Shown in pieces: positions 28,066 through 37,205 of a DNA stretch of 44,074 nucleotides; within the stretch, counting starts at the first letter, position 1, and each line of letters starts with the position of its first letter. The position numbers and the translations under genes are program-made. The notes beneath the pieces are model-generated. The model saw nothing but the letters and a program-made list of their open reading frames with translations. It searched no databases and had not been told where the DNA came from. The DNA comes from a virus, in the UHGV virus genome UHGV-0043902. The stretch is one strand, 5' to 3'.

Positions 28066-28447
28066 TGCCGCCTCCTCCACCCCGCAGACGGGAGAACAGG
28101 CCGGACACCAGTGATGCAATATCCTGCTGGTGGATGAACGAGAGAATCTTCACCGACACCACTGACACCAGCACTGCACACAGTGCGTCGACAGGCGCAC
28201 CGTCAAACCCTGTATGCTTTACCAGCCAGGATGCCAGAACCTCTGCGCCCAGCACGCCGATAATGAACGACACCAGAAAATGCGCCGCCACACGCCAGGC
28301 TGAAAGCGCCTGCGGCATCGTTGCCACAAATAACGCCCCGGCGAACGCACCAAACACAATCCCGAAATCCGTTCCGGTAAACAGCCCGAATACCGTCGCC
28401 CCGCCGAGCGCCACAGCCGTGCCGGAACCGGATAAGGGTTCAGACAT
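28055..28447 (-). CDS. Holin
   Basis: ORF track 28055..28519; ATG at 28447 with SD caggagaaaaaagtATG; multiple TM segments (..FGLFTGTDFGIVFGAFAGALFV.., ..FLVSFIIGVLGAEVLA..); first gene of the lysis cassette. Confidence 0.65.
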   Translation of the reverse strand: MSEPLSGSGTAVALGGATVFGLFTGTDFGIVFGAFAGALFVATMPQALSAWRVAAHFLVSFIIGVLGAEVLASWLVKHTGFDGAPVDALCAVLVSVVSVKILSFIHQQDIASLVSGLFSRLRGGGGGNVK

Positions 28448-28766
28448 ACTTTTTTCTCCTGTAAATAAAAAAGGGCCACCAGCGGCCCGTAAAAAACACC
28501 CCGTCAAAAGCACCGGCATCCGCAGATGCCCTTTGCGTGGCGTTATTTGATGCGCGCCAGATGTGGCGCAAAGAAATGAAATAAGACTTATCGGAAATTA
28601 AGGTTAATTTGAGGATTTAAACCACTTCTGAAGCTTAGTAGTATGAACATGTCCCCGGAAGGGGGCCAATACTTATTATTCTTCATGGACTTTGTCCCGC
28701 GGTCTTAATCCGACGACCGCGCTACTTTTCACCCTCTCGCAAATTGCTATCCAAAGGACGTTGTCC

Positions 28767-28799
28767 CACGAGTATTCCTGGATGCTCGTGTCTTTTTTT
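28767..28799 (+). terminator. Intrinsic terminator (plus strand)
   Basis: cacgag-tattcctggatg-ctcgtg followed by tcttttttt. Confidence 0.6.
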
Positions 28800-28814
28800 G
28801 TCCTGAGAAAGGAA

Positions 28815-28841
28815 TAAAAAAAACCGCCATATCTGGCGGTT
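28815..28841 (-). terminator. Intrinsic terminator (minus strand), about 370 nt downstream of the tRNA pair
   Basis: Plus-strand a8-accgcca-tatc-tggcggt; on the minus strand a 7-bp stem followed by T8. Confidence 0.7.
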
Positions 28842-29204
28842 GGTCAATGCAAGGGATGAATTTTTTAATTGTTATTAAACCGAGGCGTCGGGTGCCTCCC
28901 GAAGTATTCCGTGCTGTATGGATACTGTGGTTTCCCGCTAAACCGACTCTTTAAACCACCCTCGCTCTGAGGTGCGCCTCTTTGGTGTGATTTACAACAC
29001 CAGAATGATGCATCACCGACCCTGCCAGGAAATACAAAATCTCCACCGATAATGCACCATTCTGCTGTCGTAAAAAAATCAGCACTGAGGCTACACCTGG
29101 TCTCAAATCATAGCCAGAGAACAGAATGCTTTTTCAAAACAACCTGCTCCCACGTAATAAAAAATACGCCAGTGCCGCAATACAATAAGGCTTGTTTCAA
29201 ATGC

Positions 29205-29279
<75 letters not shown>

Positions 29280-29282
29280 ATA

Positions 29283-29358
<76 letters not shown>

Positions 29359-29597
29359 ATTGGTTCTTCAGGGGAGCGATATCACCAAGCAAAGAAGAGT
29401 CCCCCCCCCCTCAGAACCGTTTTCGATGATACGATTTAATATTCCAATCGCAACAACACTTTACGTCAAGTTATGTAAATTAATTTATATGTTTTTATTT
29501 TATGTGAATAATTCACTTTCACTTAAAATATACATAACAATATATAAACAAATTTATTTTGAAGGCGATTATTAAATGTCGTTTCTTATATCACACC

Positions 29598-29630
29598 ATA
29601 GAAACAACAAAACCCGCTCGATGGCGGGTT
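29598..29630 (-). terminator. tR'-like intrinsic terminator downstream of Q (late-operon 6S-type terminator)
   Basis: Plus strand aacccgc-tcgatg-gcgggtt; minus strand stem followed by TTTGTTGTTTCT; about 100 nt downstream of the Q stop. Confidence 0.55.
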
Positions 29631-29727
29631 CTATTAAAGTTCAATTGCGCTTGGTTCGCCTCGCGATACAGCTTTGCGAAGCATAGCTGAATTGAAGCAG
29701 TTTATTGGCAAAAATGCAATAACTTTT

Positions 29728-30183
29728 TTATTGGCTTTCTCCGCATAACGCTAATTTCATTGGTATATACAGAATGTGTTCAGCAACACCCAACCATGCA
29801 TCAATGCGATTTCTGCAAGTTTTCAAGCTCCAGCCAGGGCGATACTTATTTAACTGTTGTGCCATTTTCAGCTTACTCATCCCCCGCCCTTCATATCTTT
29901 GTCGGAGGATAAAAATCAATCCAGGATGCTCTACCATCACTTCACTAATTACCCGGTCAATACATAACGCCTCGGCATCAGTGCAATGGGACAGCCAGCT
30001 TTTTTGCTTACTGTCGATCATCTCACGCAAAAATGCTTCCAGCTCTGGCTTCTCTATTCCCGCTTTTTTCATTCTGCGCAGAGCTTCATTGATGGCTGTT
30101 TTCGTCAATTTTTTGGATGCCAGCAACTGGTTGAACATATTCCCCGTCTTACCGCCACCAATATACGACCAGCGCCCCCACAT
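29728..30183 (-). CDS. Late antiterminator Q (82/21-type family)
   Basis: ORF track 29728..30390 (220 aa); likely start at internal Met (MWGRWSYIGG...) after the ybcO-like gene; position immediately upstream of tR', tRNAs and lysis genes. Confidence 0.55.
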   Translation of the reverse strand: MWGRWSYIGGGKTGNMFNQLLASKKLTKTAINEALRRMKKAGIEKPELEAFLREMIDSKQKSWLSHCTDAEALCIDRVISEVMVEHPGLIFILRQRYEGRGMSKLKMAQQLNKYRPGWSLKTCRNRIDAWLGVAEHILYIPMKLALCGESQ

Positions 30184-30266
30184 ACGCAGTTTTCCCTGAA
30201 TCCAGACACTTTCCAGCGTGGTGAGACGAAGGTGTTCTCCGCTTTTTCCTGTATTCGTTGGGTAAA

Positions 30267-30557
30267 TCACAAATATCCCTCCTTTCTCCAGATTTCTTGT
30301 GTGCGAAAAACACCTTCTGCATGCATCAGGCGTAATTCTTCTTTGGTGTAATCGCTGGTTTTTACCCGCCCGTCGATTAAATCGTGGCACGAGCTACAGG
30401 CAATCGCGGCCTGCATATCGTGTGGCTTTATCGCTGTTCCGCACGTTCCCGCCAGTCGGTAATGCGCCAGCACAGACGTTTCGGGATTGTGATTGCAGTA
30501 GCCAGGAATTCTGACCTGGCACATCTGGCCCCGCGCCGCTTTACGTAAATCCACCAT
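30267..30557 (-). CDS. ybcO: YbcO-like protein (DUF1364, Cys-rich putative nuclease of the lambdoid nin region)
   Basis: 96 aa; MVDLRKAARGQMCQVRIPGYCNHNPETSVLAHYR...ACSSCHD resembles DLP12 YbcO from memory. Confidence 0.6.
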   Translation of the reverse strand: MVDLRKAARGQMCQVRIPGYCNHNPETSVLAHYRLAGTCGTAIKPHDMQAAIACSSCHDLIDGRVKTSDYTKEELRLMHAEGVFRTQEIWRKEGYL

Positions 30558-31168
30558 TACGCAAACTCCAGCAGCTGCACGGCCACATTTTCGACTTGTT
30601 CCGGAGAGGAAAATTTACGGAACAGAATCCAGTTCCACAGCACATTCAGTACAGATTTATAAACCTGCTGAAACTCGGTTTCGTCCATATTCGCAAACGA
30701 GATGGATTTCGCCCTGCGCCCACGGCTACCGTCCGGATAAATATGCTCGGTGTAAAATCCGGCCTGAATGGTTACCCACTCGCGGAAAGCCTCAAACGAC
30801 TTTAGCAATGCTGTATCTCGGGTTCTGCGTGTCGCAACTGTATTCAGATATTGCTCTGCGGCTTCGCTCAGAGCTGGCGTATGTTCCCGGCCTACTGATT
30901 CGCACAGATAATCAACGAAACCGGACACCAGTTTTCGCTCGCGAGGAGTGATCGCCCCACCGACCGGAGTCCAGTAATCGAATCCGAGTTGCAGAAGTTT
31001 GAAAAAACGCTTATGGAATGCGTAGTTACGAACGCGCTTAAAATCAGCGTGTATCCACTCGCCTATTTTGATTTGATGCAGAAAATCACAACTCTCCGGC
31101 GTCGCCGGGAGAAGTAATCCGGAAGAGGTTTGTTTGACCAGTTGTATATGCGCCATTGCTGTCTCCAA
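30557..31168 (-). CDS. Conserved nin-region protein of unknown function
   Basis: 203 aa ORF coupled to the ybcO-like gene (1-nt overlap). Confidence 0.4.
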   Translation of the reverse strand: METAMAHIQLVKQTSSGLLLPATPESCDFLHQIKIGEWIHADFKRVRNYAFHKRFFKLLQLGFDYWTPVGGAITPRERKLVSGFVDYLCESVGREHTPALSEAAEQYLNTVATRRTRDTALLKSFEAFREWVTIQAGFYTEHIYPDGSRGRRAKSISFANMDETEFQQVYKSVLNVLWNWILFRKFSSPEQVENVAVQLLEFA

Positions 31169-31215
31169 TGGCGCTGTAGGTTGCCAGTTGTTCAGGCTGG
31201 CTTACGAATTATAAC

Positions 31216-31389
31216 TCATTCGCGAACCACCTTGAAACCGAGCCTTTCAAGGTATTCAATGAATGCCTCGATAGATAAAATTACATGATCATCAGGGATT
31301 AACGTTGTGTAGACAACTTTCCCATTCTCAACGCGCACAGCATAGAGGCCATTTTCACTAAAAATTTCACGCAATTCTTCGATTTTCAT
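31216..31389 (-). CDS. Small hypothetical protein (57 aa)
   Basis: Manual translation MKIEELREIFSENGLYAVRVENGKVVYTTLIPDDHVILSIEAFIEYLERLGFKVVRE; not in the ORF track (under 60 aa). Confidence 0.3.
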   Translation of the reverse strand: MKIEELREIFSENGLYAVRVENGKVVYTTLIPDDHVILSIEAFIEYLERLGFKVVRE

Positions 31390-31477
31390 CTTCAGAATCC
31401 TTCCAGATAAATAGCTCTTCCCCTTCGGGGTCCATCCCTCTTCTCCCTGCGCGCTACTTAAGTATTTTTGATTCTAT

Positions 31478-31725
31478 NNNNNNNNNNNNNNNNNNNNNNN
31501 NNNNNNNNNNNNNNNNNNNNNNNNNNNNNNNNNNNNNNNNNNNNNNNNNNNNNNNNNNNNNNNNNNNNNNNNNNNNNNNNNNNNNNNNNNNNNNNNNNNN
31601 NNNNNNNNNNNNNNNNNNNNNNNNNNNNNNNNNNNNNNNNNNNNNNNNNNNNNNNNNNNNNNNNNNNNNNNNNNNNNNNNNNNNNNNNNNNNNNNNNNNN
31701 NNNNNNNNNNNNNNNNNNNNNNNNN
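31478..31725. other. Assembly gap (248 N); true length and content unknown
   Basis: Run of n characters in the sequence. Confidence 1.
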
Positions 31726-31769
31726 CAGATGACGATCAGGGCGATTAACATCGCCTTTTGCTGCTTCAT
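31726..31769 (-). CDS. hokD: hok-family type I toxin gene, 5' fragment (HokD/RelF-like N-terminus), interrupted by the assembly gap
   Basis: Minus strand ATG at 31769 then MKQQKAMLIALIVI(C) exactly as the Hok/Gef N-terminal transmembrane start; ORFs reported across the gap are artefacts. Confidence 0.7.
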
Positions 31770-32054
31770 AGCCTGCTTCTCCTTGCCTTTCGGCACGTAA
31801 GAGGCTAACCTACATGTGTCTAGCATGAAATCGGCCTCAGATTAATGTTAAGCGTCTTGCAGGACGCGTAATGTTAACTGGGGCTTTTCTCTATCTGCCT
31901 TTTGGTGATCATGCCTGAGGCAGATAGCCTCAAGCACCCGCTGCAATTCTACTTAACTCTCCTTTTCCCGCAAACCGTTTTTATCCCCAGCGGCAAATCG
32001 AATACACCACCAGCGCCACCGCGATTCCTACCGTTGTGAATGCTTCAGGCCAGG

Positions 32055-32450
32055 TCATTGATTCACCTTCTGCTCAATATTTTTAAGGTCATTTTCCGCA
32101 TACAGTATTGCAGTTCTTGCTGCCCGCAACCGTGCTTTGGTGTTCTTTTCTTCACGCTCGAGGCTGGCAACAGATTCGCGGAGCTGATCGCGTCTGTTAT
32201 GAAGCTGTCTAATCTCTCTCACCACAGCCTCACCATCGTTCGCACACCGCAGAACATACTGAAAAGGGTCCACAACACATCCGCACTGCAAGCACAGGAT
32301 AACGCGATCCTGTTCATGAACCTCAATGGCCCGATGCTTACAGCTCTGTTGTGTGTAGTTTTTTCTGCCAGTTACTGTAATGTTCAGCAGCTTCTCTTCA
32401 TCGCGCTTTGGCTGCACCAGTGTGATGATATTATCGCCTTCATTTTCCAT
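32055..32450 (-). CDS. Hypothetical Cys-rich (zinc-ribbon-like) protein with C-terminal coiled coil
   Basis: 131 aa; C..H...CLQCGC motif; ORF track. Confidence 0.4.
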   Translation of the reverse strand: MENEGDNIITLVQPKRDEEKLLNITVTGRKNYTQQSCKHRAIEVHEQDRVILCLQCGCVVDPFQYVLRCANDGEAVVREIRQLHNRRDQLRESVASLEREEKNTKARLRAARTAILYAENDLKNIEQKVNQ

Positions 32451-33178
32451 CAGCTCACCTCCTGCGGCGGTTCCGGTAATTTCATCCAGTGAGTTGCCTG
32501 CTCAATACCATTACCCGGCTTAATCGTTGCATCTCCTCGCCGGAATGTGCTTCCGGTATAGCGTGCAGAGCATATTAGCGGTTCAACCAGAGAGCTATCG
32601 AAATTCACCGAAATAAGCACGTTCTGATTCTTTTCCGGCATTCGATCACTACAGCTTATCCAACTATCCGGAGTTCCCGGAGAGTTGCCATTTACATCGA
32701 AGTTTGGCTCTGCGTCCTGAACCAGGAGGATGTAACCATTCTTGGCTGTATCAAGTTCTAACGCCTCGGTGACGGTGCCGAAATAGCGATTACCTAAATC
32801 AGCATCACAAGTGCTTACATCAATGGAAACTTCCATGCCTTCGATTAATTCTGGCAAGTTGTAAGTTTGGTTTACAGCTTGGCCTCCCTGAAGCATGGCG
32901 GCGCGGTGACACCAGATAATCCAGCCAAGCGCCATATCCCATGCCATGTATTCTCTATCGCCATTTTTTGCCCTGCGGCGATCTACAGATTCCCCGAAAC
33001 GCTTCTCCATAAATAATTCATAGGCTGCTCGTTCATCCGATACTGCTGCCAGTGATGCCAGTGCAATCCGTGCCAGCTCTTCCGCTTCTTCTGCTGGAAG
33101 CACTACGTTGCTACCAGGTCCGTATGTTTCACGCCACTGTTTGATTGTCATCAGTCGCTCTTTGGTAATAGTGGTCAT
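32450..33178 (-). CDS. DUF551-like lambdoid prophage protein
   Basis: 242 aa; C-terminal ..THWMKLPEPPQE.. resembles the DUF551 signature (HWMPLPEPP). Confidence 0.5.
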   Translation of the reverse strand: MTTITKERLMTIKQWRETYGPGSNVVLPAEEAEELARIALASLAAVSDERAAYELFMEKRFGESVDRRRAKNGDREYMAWDMALGWIIWCHRAAMLQGGQAVNQTYNLPELIEGMEVSIDVSTCDADLGNRYFGTVTEALELDTAKNGYILLVQDAEPNFDVNGNSPGTPDSWISCSDRMPEKNQNVLISVNFDSSLVEPLICSARYTGSTFRRGDATIKPGNGIEQATHWMKLPEPPQEVS

Positions 33179-33180
33179 AG

Positions 33181-33414
33181 CTATTTCACCTTAATCTCAA
33201 CATTTCGCAGCTTTAGCTCTACTGGCAGGTCTGACTTTCCTGTTAATGCTAATGCGAGATTTTCTGGAGTAATGAGAGCAGTTATTGTTTTCCCCCTCGC
33301 CAGACGAATAATCATGCGTATCTCGCGATCGTCACATGCTCCCGGTCGAACAATTGATATTTGTCCGTTCATCTCACTCTCCTTTGATGCGAATGCCAGT
33401 AGCGCGGATTGCAT
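33181..33414 (-). CDS. Small hypothetical protein
   Basis: 77 aa ORF, coupled. Confidence 0.3.
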   Translation of the reverse strand: MQSALLAFASKESEMNGQISIVRPGACDDREIRMIIRLARGKTITALITPENLALALTGKSDLPVELKLRNVEIKVK

Positions 33415-34162
33415 CGATGACTTCAGAAACTTTGTATGCCATTACCGTTTGGTAATCATCGTGAAAATCTGTTCGATGAAGCATGCTGCTACGTTCCGGG
33501 AGCGATATTTCCCGAGCATCCAGTTCCTTAACGCGTTCCTCCAGTTCGTAGACCCTGCATTGTTCTCTATCATCAATCAGATATAACCCAAGACATTCGC
33601 TTTCTACCCAACCGCCAAAATCATGATCGTAACGCTCACATGAAAACTCACCGTCACCGTCCTTTGTTGGAATGGTGTAACTATCTAATGGGCCACCATA
33701 TGTCGGCACATTTCCCAATGTTGGATGCTCAATCCACATGAAAAATGCACGTCCGGTTATTGGGCAAATATCTGGCCGCCATTGGTTACGAACAGCCTTG
33801 GTTTCGGATAATTCTTCAGCGTGTTGTTTTACTTCCTCAAGCTCAACTCTCAGCTTCCCTACCGTTAGCGCAATATCCTCGTTCTCCTGATCACGGCTTT
33901 TGATGTATTGCTGGTTTCTTTCCCGTTCATCCAGCAGCGCCAAGACGGTAGCCGGATTGGCTGCGGCGATGAATCGCTTATTGGCGCGATTATCTGGTCC
34001 TGAGCATGATGCTATGTAGTAATTTGCGTTCAGTCCGGCATCAGCAATTAACCCATAATCATCAGAACACCATTCGCCAGGGGTTGCATTTTCTGCCGCC
34101 ATTCGCAGTGCCTGGTAATTAATGTTGCGCACTGGTTTCCTCCTGGCAAAGCTGGGCGACAA
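33374..34162 (-). CDS. Ead/Ea22-like protein
   Basis: 262 aa; ..[18 protein letters not shown].. motif typical of the Ead/Ea22 family in lambdoid phages. Confidence 0.5.
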   Translation of the reverse strand: MSPSFARRKPVRNINYQALRMAAENATPGEWCSDDYGLIADAGLNANYYIASCSGPDNRANKRFIAAANPATVLALLDERERNQQYIKSRDQENEDIALTVGKLRVELEEVKQHAEELSETKAVRNQWRPDICPITGRAFFMWIEHPTLGNVPTYGGPLDSYTIPTKDGDGEFSCERYDHDFGGWVESECLGLYLIDDREQCRVYELEERVKELDAREISLPERSSMLHRTDFHDDYQTVMAYKVSEVIDAIRATGIRIKGE

Positions 34163-34862
34163 TATCGCGATATTTATTCAGCTCCCGCAGCGCGGCACGG
34201 ACTCGCTCCCATTTCCGGATATCACTTTTCGCCCGACGCAGTTCGCGGTTTGCCTGTCGCAGCGATGGCAGAACCAGATTATCCACTCGCTTCTCAAGCG
34301 GCTGCACAATGTCCGCCACAGTTTCTGTTTTAATTTCTTCCTGTATTGCAGCCTCCTGTACTGGTAAAACAACACATGCAGGCTGAGGAAAGGCTTTACC
34401 ATCAGTTTCCGCTACCGATGCAGCTTTCGGCTCTGCTGGTAAATTACCGCCCGGCATGCAGTAACGAAATTTACCGTTCTGATTTACGCGAATCAGGCGT
34501 CCTTTGCTGATTGCCATTGCCAGCGTTGAAGCAACTTTGCGGGATGTTGTACCGAACAGCGTAGCCAGTTCATCCGCCGTTTGTGGTCCGCGTTGTTCAA
34601 TCGTCGCGGTTAAATCGCACTCTGAGATTTTCGCTACTGTCGCCGTGGTGGTTTCTTCCGGCTGTTCTTCTGGCGCTGGCTGTTCCTGCTGAACGTTGTT
34701 ATCAGCCACACGCCAGGTGTATACGCTTTTATCAACGAAGCCAGCCTTTTTCAGCTCCCACAGCTCGTTCAGTACTTCTTCACGACTGATATCAAGTCGC
34801 GCAGCCAGCTCTACCGACGTGGCTTTTCCCATCGCTTTCAGTGCGTCAAAAACAGTCTCCAT
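34119..34862 (-). CDS. Winged-helix/HTH-like protein, hypothetical
   Basis: 247 aa; N-terminal ..[29 protein letters not shown].. wHTH-like. Confidence 0.4.
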   Translation of the reverse strand: METVFDALKAMGKATSVELAARLDISREEVLNELWELKKAGFVDKSVYTWRVADNNVQQEQPAPEEQPEETTTATVAKISECDLTATIEQRGPQTADELATLFGTTSRKVASTLAMAISKGRLIRVNQNGKFRYCMPGGNLPAEPKAASVAETDGKAFPQPACVVLPVQEAAIQEEIKTETVADIVQPLEKRVDNLVLPSLRQANRELRRAKSDIRKWERVRAALRELNKYRDIVAQLCQEETSAQH

Positions 34863-34894
34863 AAATTTCCTCCCGGTAAAAATTACTTCTCAAC

Positions 34895-35560
34895 TCAAAC
34901 AAACCCAGCCGCTTTCCGGCGTTCATATTCCTGTTTCAGTAACTCAATTGGCGTTGGCCCCGACGGGCGTTTGGGTGCCGCCAGTTGTCGCCGGACTGGC
35001 GGAACGCTCAGGCCGTTACTAACATGCTTTGCCCATTTCGTCAGCTGCCGTTCTGCAAGCCGTTTTAATTCCCCTTCGGTCATCTGGCGCTCAATCCCCT
35101 TTGAACGCATCTCGAGGCAAATGTGATACAGCACAGGCTGAGACCACGGGTACTTATCACTTCCGTCGTATCGCCAGGACTCATTGCGCCAGCGGCGGTA
35201 CTCCTCCATCACAGCATCCACCGTCAGACCAAATGGATTTGCCCCACTCTCCGAAATCAGCGCCACAAACTCAGCCAGGTCCGGAGGCCATGTTTCACCC
35301 GCCCGGCAGCGGTCCATGCACTGGCGGCAGACCAGCCGGATTTGCTGCTCAGTCATCGCGCCAATCTGTGCAATCCAGAGCTTCGAAGGTGCGGCCCCGT
35401 TCTTCTGGGTCCAGCGGTTCGAATAAACCTCCCCCATGAGTTCCCACAGCTTCCACGCCGTTTCCGTCGCTGATAAATCCGTTTTCACGTTCCCACTGCT
35501 CACGTGCTGCCCGAATTTCCTGAACTGCCCGTGATGCGGTGCCACCTGGTGCGGCTGCAT
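34895..35560 (-). CDS. Replication protein P-like helicase loader
   Basis: 221 aa; architecture parallels lambda P (..[13 protein letters not shown].., ..[15 protein letters not shown].. versus lambda ..FLPSPGQFVAW.., ..YPWKSNAHYWLVTNL..); SD aagggggtgagccATG; the 5' end overlaps the O-like gene by 212 nt. Confidence 0.65.
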   Translation of the reverse strand: MQPHQVAPHHGQFRKFGQHVSSGNVKTDLSATETAWKLWELMGEVYSNRWTQKNGAAPSKLWIAQIGAMTEQQIRLVCRQCMDRCRAGETWPPDLAEFVALISESGANPFGLTVDAVMEEYRRWRNESWRYDGSDKYPWSQPVLYHICLEMRSKGIERQMTEGELKRLAERQLTKWAKHVSNGLSVPPVRRQLAAPKRPSGPTPIELLKQEYERRKAAGFV

Positions 35561-36473
35561 GGCTCACCCCCTTGCTGACTGGTTTAACCTGCGCCCTGAC
35601 GTGATTTACGTGACGGGCGAATTTCTGCTCCCACTGAACCTGCGTGAACACTTTGCCCTCCGCTGCCCAGTAGTCCCGGAAGGCGGCAAGTTCAGCTGGT
35701 GTAAATTCCGGCTCAGGAAGAGCCACGCCCCACAGCGCAGCCCGTCGTCGAAAATCCGGCGACGGATGCCAGCCATCGGTCATCGGAAATTTCCCGATGG
35801 GTTCGCTCAGGCCTTCCAGGTAATCAGGTTCCGCTGTCTGCAACGGCACGCCATTTGCCTCACTGGCCGGAGCACTCTCGCGCACGCGCGCGTTATGTGT
35901 GGGGTTTATATATCTGTTATCTGTTATCTGGATACCGCATGACAAAGCGTTAGCCTTATCCTTAGGCTTATCCTCAGGCAAAGGGATTGCCTTATCGAAT
36001 GCCATCCCCAAAGCCTCAGAAACCCCGTAGGACGCGGCTCTCAGCGATTCCCTGGCCTCCCATTTGAGAGGGCAATCAGGAATTAAAGCGAATGCCTTTG
36101 CCCAGGATTTAATGACATTTATCGAGTTTGGCGGATTGTGTTTCGCAGCATTCGGGAGCCAAAAAACTCTGGCTTTGATATCTGCTTTCACCATGCCAAG
36201 ATTCATGGCTTCGCCTAAGGCTAAGTCAAAGGCTTCGATATCCCACCCCAACTCTTCAGCCATTGCTGCCCGCCCGGCTTTAAATAACCCAGGAATAATC
36301 CCGGTAAATGGACTGGTCAGCAGATAAATAAACAAACTCTGTCCACTTGGAGGCAGAGGAGATAACGCCCTAAATTTGGGATCATCCCATATCGTTATTT
36401 TTACCTTGCGATAAGGCTCATTGTTTGCCTTAGTTTTTGGCATGGGATTTGGCATGTTTTTAGCCTTAACCAT
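35349..36473 (-). CDS. Replication initiator O-like protein (iteron-containing gene) with DnaT/primosomal-like C-terminal region
   Basis: ORF track 35349..36527 (TTG); ATG at 36473 with SD gaggcaattATG; iterons and AT-rich tract lie inside the gene as in lambda O. Confidence 0.6.
   Translation of the reverse strand: MVKAKNMPNPMPKTKANNEPYRKVKITIWDDPKFRALSPLPPSGQSLFIYLLTSPFTGIIPGLFKAGRAAMAEELGWDIEAFDLALGEAMNLGMVKADIKARVFWLPNAAKHNPPNSINVIKSWAKAFALIPDCPLKWEARESLRAASYGVSEALGMAFDKAIPLPEDKPKDKANALSCGIQITDNRYINPTHNARVRESAPASEANGVPLQTAEPDYLEGLSEPIGKFPMTDGWHPSPDFRRRAALWGVALPEPEFTPAELAAFRDYWAAEGKVFTQVQWEQKFARHVNHVRAQVKPVSKGVSHAAAPGGTASRAVQEIRAAREQWERENGFISDGNGVEAVGTHGGGLFEPLDPEERGRTFEALDCTDWRDD
35903..35997. 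promoter_or_regulatory. Candidate replication origin: AT-rich tract with tctgttatc x2 followed by three GCYTTATCC iterons and a short palindrome
   Basis: gtttatatatctgttatctgttatctgg then agccttatcc / ggcttatcc / tgccttatcg at 35952, 35965 and 35988; located within the O-like coding sequence. Confidence 0.5.
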
Positions 36474-36552
36474 AATTGCCTCATCTGGTGTCGAACCTTC
36501 CTCCGGATATAATCTGTGATTCCCCAATCAACAGAACCAAAGGAGGTTCGAC

Positions 36553-37008
36553 ATGTCTTTAATGGCTGTTTGCCAAAAAATTAAAAATCACATGCGCACT
36601 GTGTACAAAATTAACCAGCACGATCACGACATGGTTAACCTGGTAACATGCAGGGCTATAGTTCTCACCCGCTTCCACCTGATTCTTACAAATCACTCAC
36701 GGGATTCTCTCCTGAGCCCCAGTAGCTATGATTCGCTGGCGAGATTGCTATACCAGGCAAGTGAAAAACGTATTACTGATCCCTTATCTGTTTCCCCTGT
36801 CCTTGCTCTTCACATTCTGGAAGACGCTCTCTATGACCCCCGTCAGGAATGCGACTATCAATTTCTTGAAGCTGAGAAATCAATGAGAGAATGGTTCGTT
36901 GAATATCGCGAACGGCAGCAAAAGTTACCCTCAGAGTATTCAGAACTTCCGCAACTTCGCTGGAGTGACCTTCCGAACGAATTATTTGCTCTGACCCCAG
37001 AAAATTAA
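36553..37008 (+). CDS. Hypothetical protein encoded antisense to the early-right operon (151 aa), unknown function
   Basis: Strong SD ccaaaggaggttcgacATG; a perfect TATAAT (-10) about 40 nt upstream; conflicts with the minus-strand ORF 36773..37186. Confidence 0.45.
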   Translation: MSLMAVCQKIKNHMRTVYKINQHDHDMVNLVTCRAIVLTRFHLILTNHSRDSLLSPSSYDSLARLLYQASEKRITDPLSVSPVLALHILEDALYDPRQECDYQFLEAEKSMREWFVEYRERQQKLPSEYSELPQLRWSDLPNELFALTPEN

Positions 37009-37186
37009 TTCTTGGGGATAAATCGTCCATAACTGAGCGCAGGCTAAGTTCTGCGCTCTGAAGCTTCCGAACCGAAGTTTCTGTACCCCAACCCGCAATT
37101 TCTGCATTTTTTGCAAGTTTCAGGATCCAGTCTCGTAGTTCGCCGGGAGTAAGATTTCCGGCATTTATGTACGGTTTGATTTTCAT
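36773..37186 (-). CDS. Hypothetical protein (137 aa) downstream of the ydaT-like gene; mutually exclusive or overlapping with the plus-strand ORF
   Basis: ORF track; begins 20 nt after the ydaT-like stop; weak SD. Confidence 0.3.
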   Translation of the reverse strand: MKIKPYINAGNLTPGELRDWILKLAKNAEIAGWGTETSVRKLQSAELSLRSVMDDLSPRINFLGSEQIIRSEGHSSEVAEVLNTLRVTFAAVRDIQRTILSLISQLQEIDSRIPDGGHRERLPECEEQGQGKQIRDQ

Positions 37187-37205
37187 TATTGGATACCCTA
37201 TTCAA

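Noticed and set aside
28065-28550. Plus-strand ORF 161 aa (Pro/Ala/Thr-rich) overlapping the holin
   Set aside because: Antisense to a well-supported holin gene with an SD; low-complexity composition and no SD.
29360-29575. Plus-strand ORF 71 aa in the AT-rich region downstream of Q
   Set aside because: Lies in the late promoter/tR' leader region on the wrong strand, has no SD, and its AT-rich low-complexity sequence is more consistent with regulatory DNA.
31458-31826. ORFs 31458..31826 (-) and 31468..31800 (+) containing runs of X
   Set aside because: They span the 248-nt N gap and are artefacts of translating unknown bases. Only the 5' hok fragment after the gap is supported.
36481-36552. 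Inverted repeat gtcgaacct...aggttcgac as a transcription terminator
   Set aside because: No adjacent T-run on either strand and the right arm contains an SD; more likely an RBS-sequestering structure or operator than a terminator.
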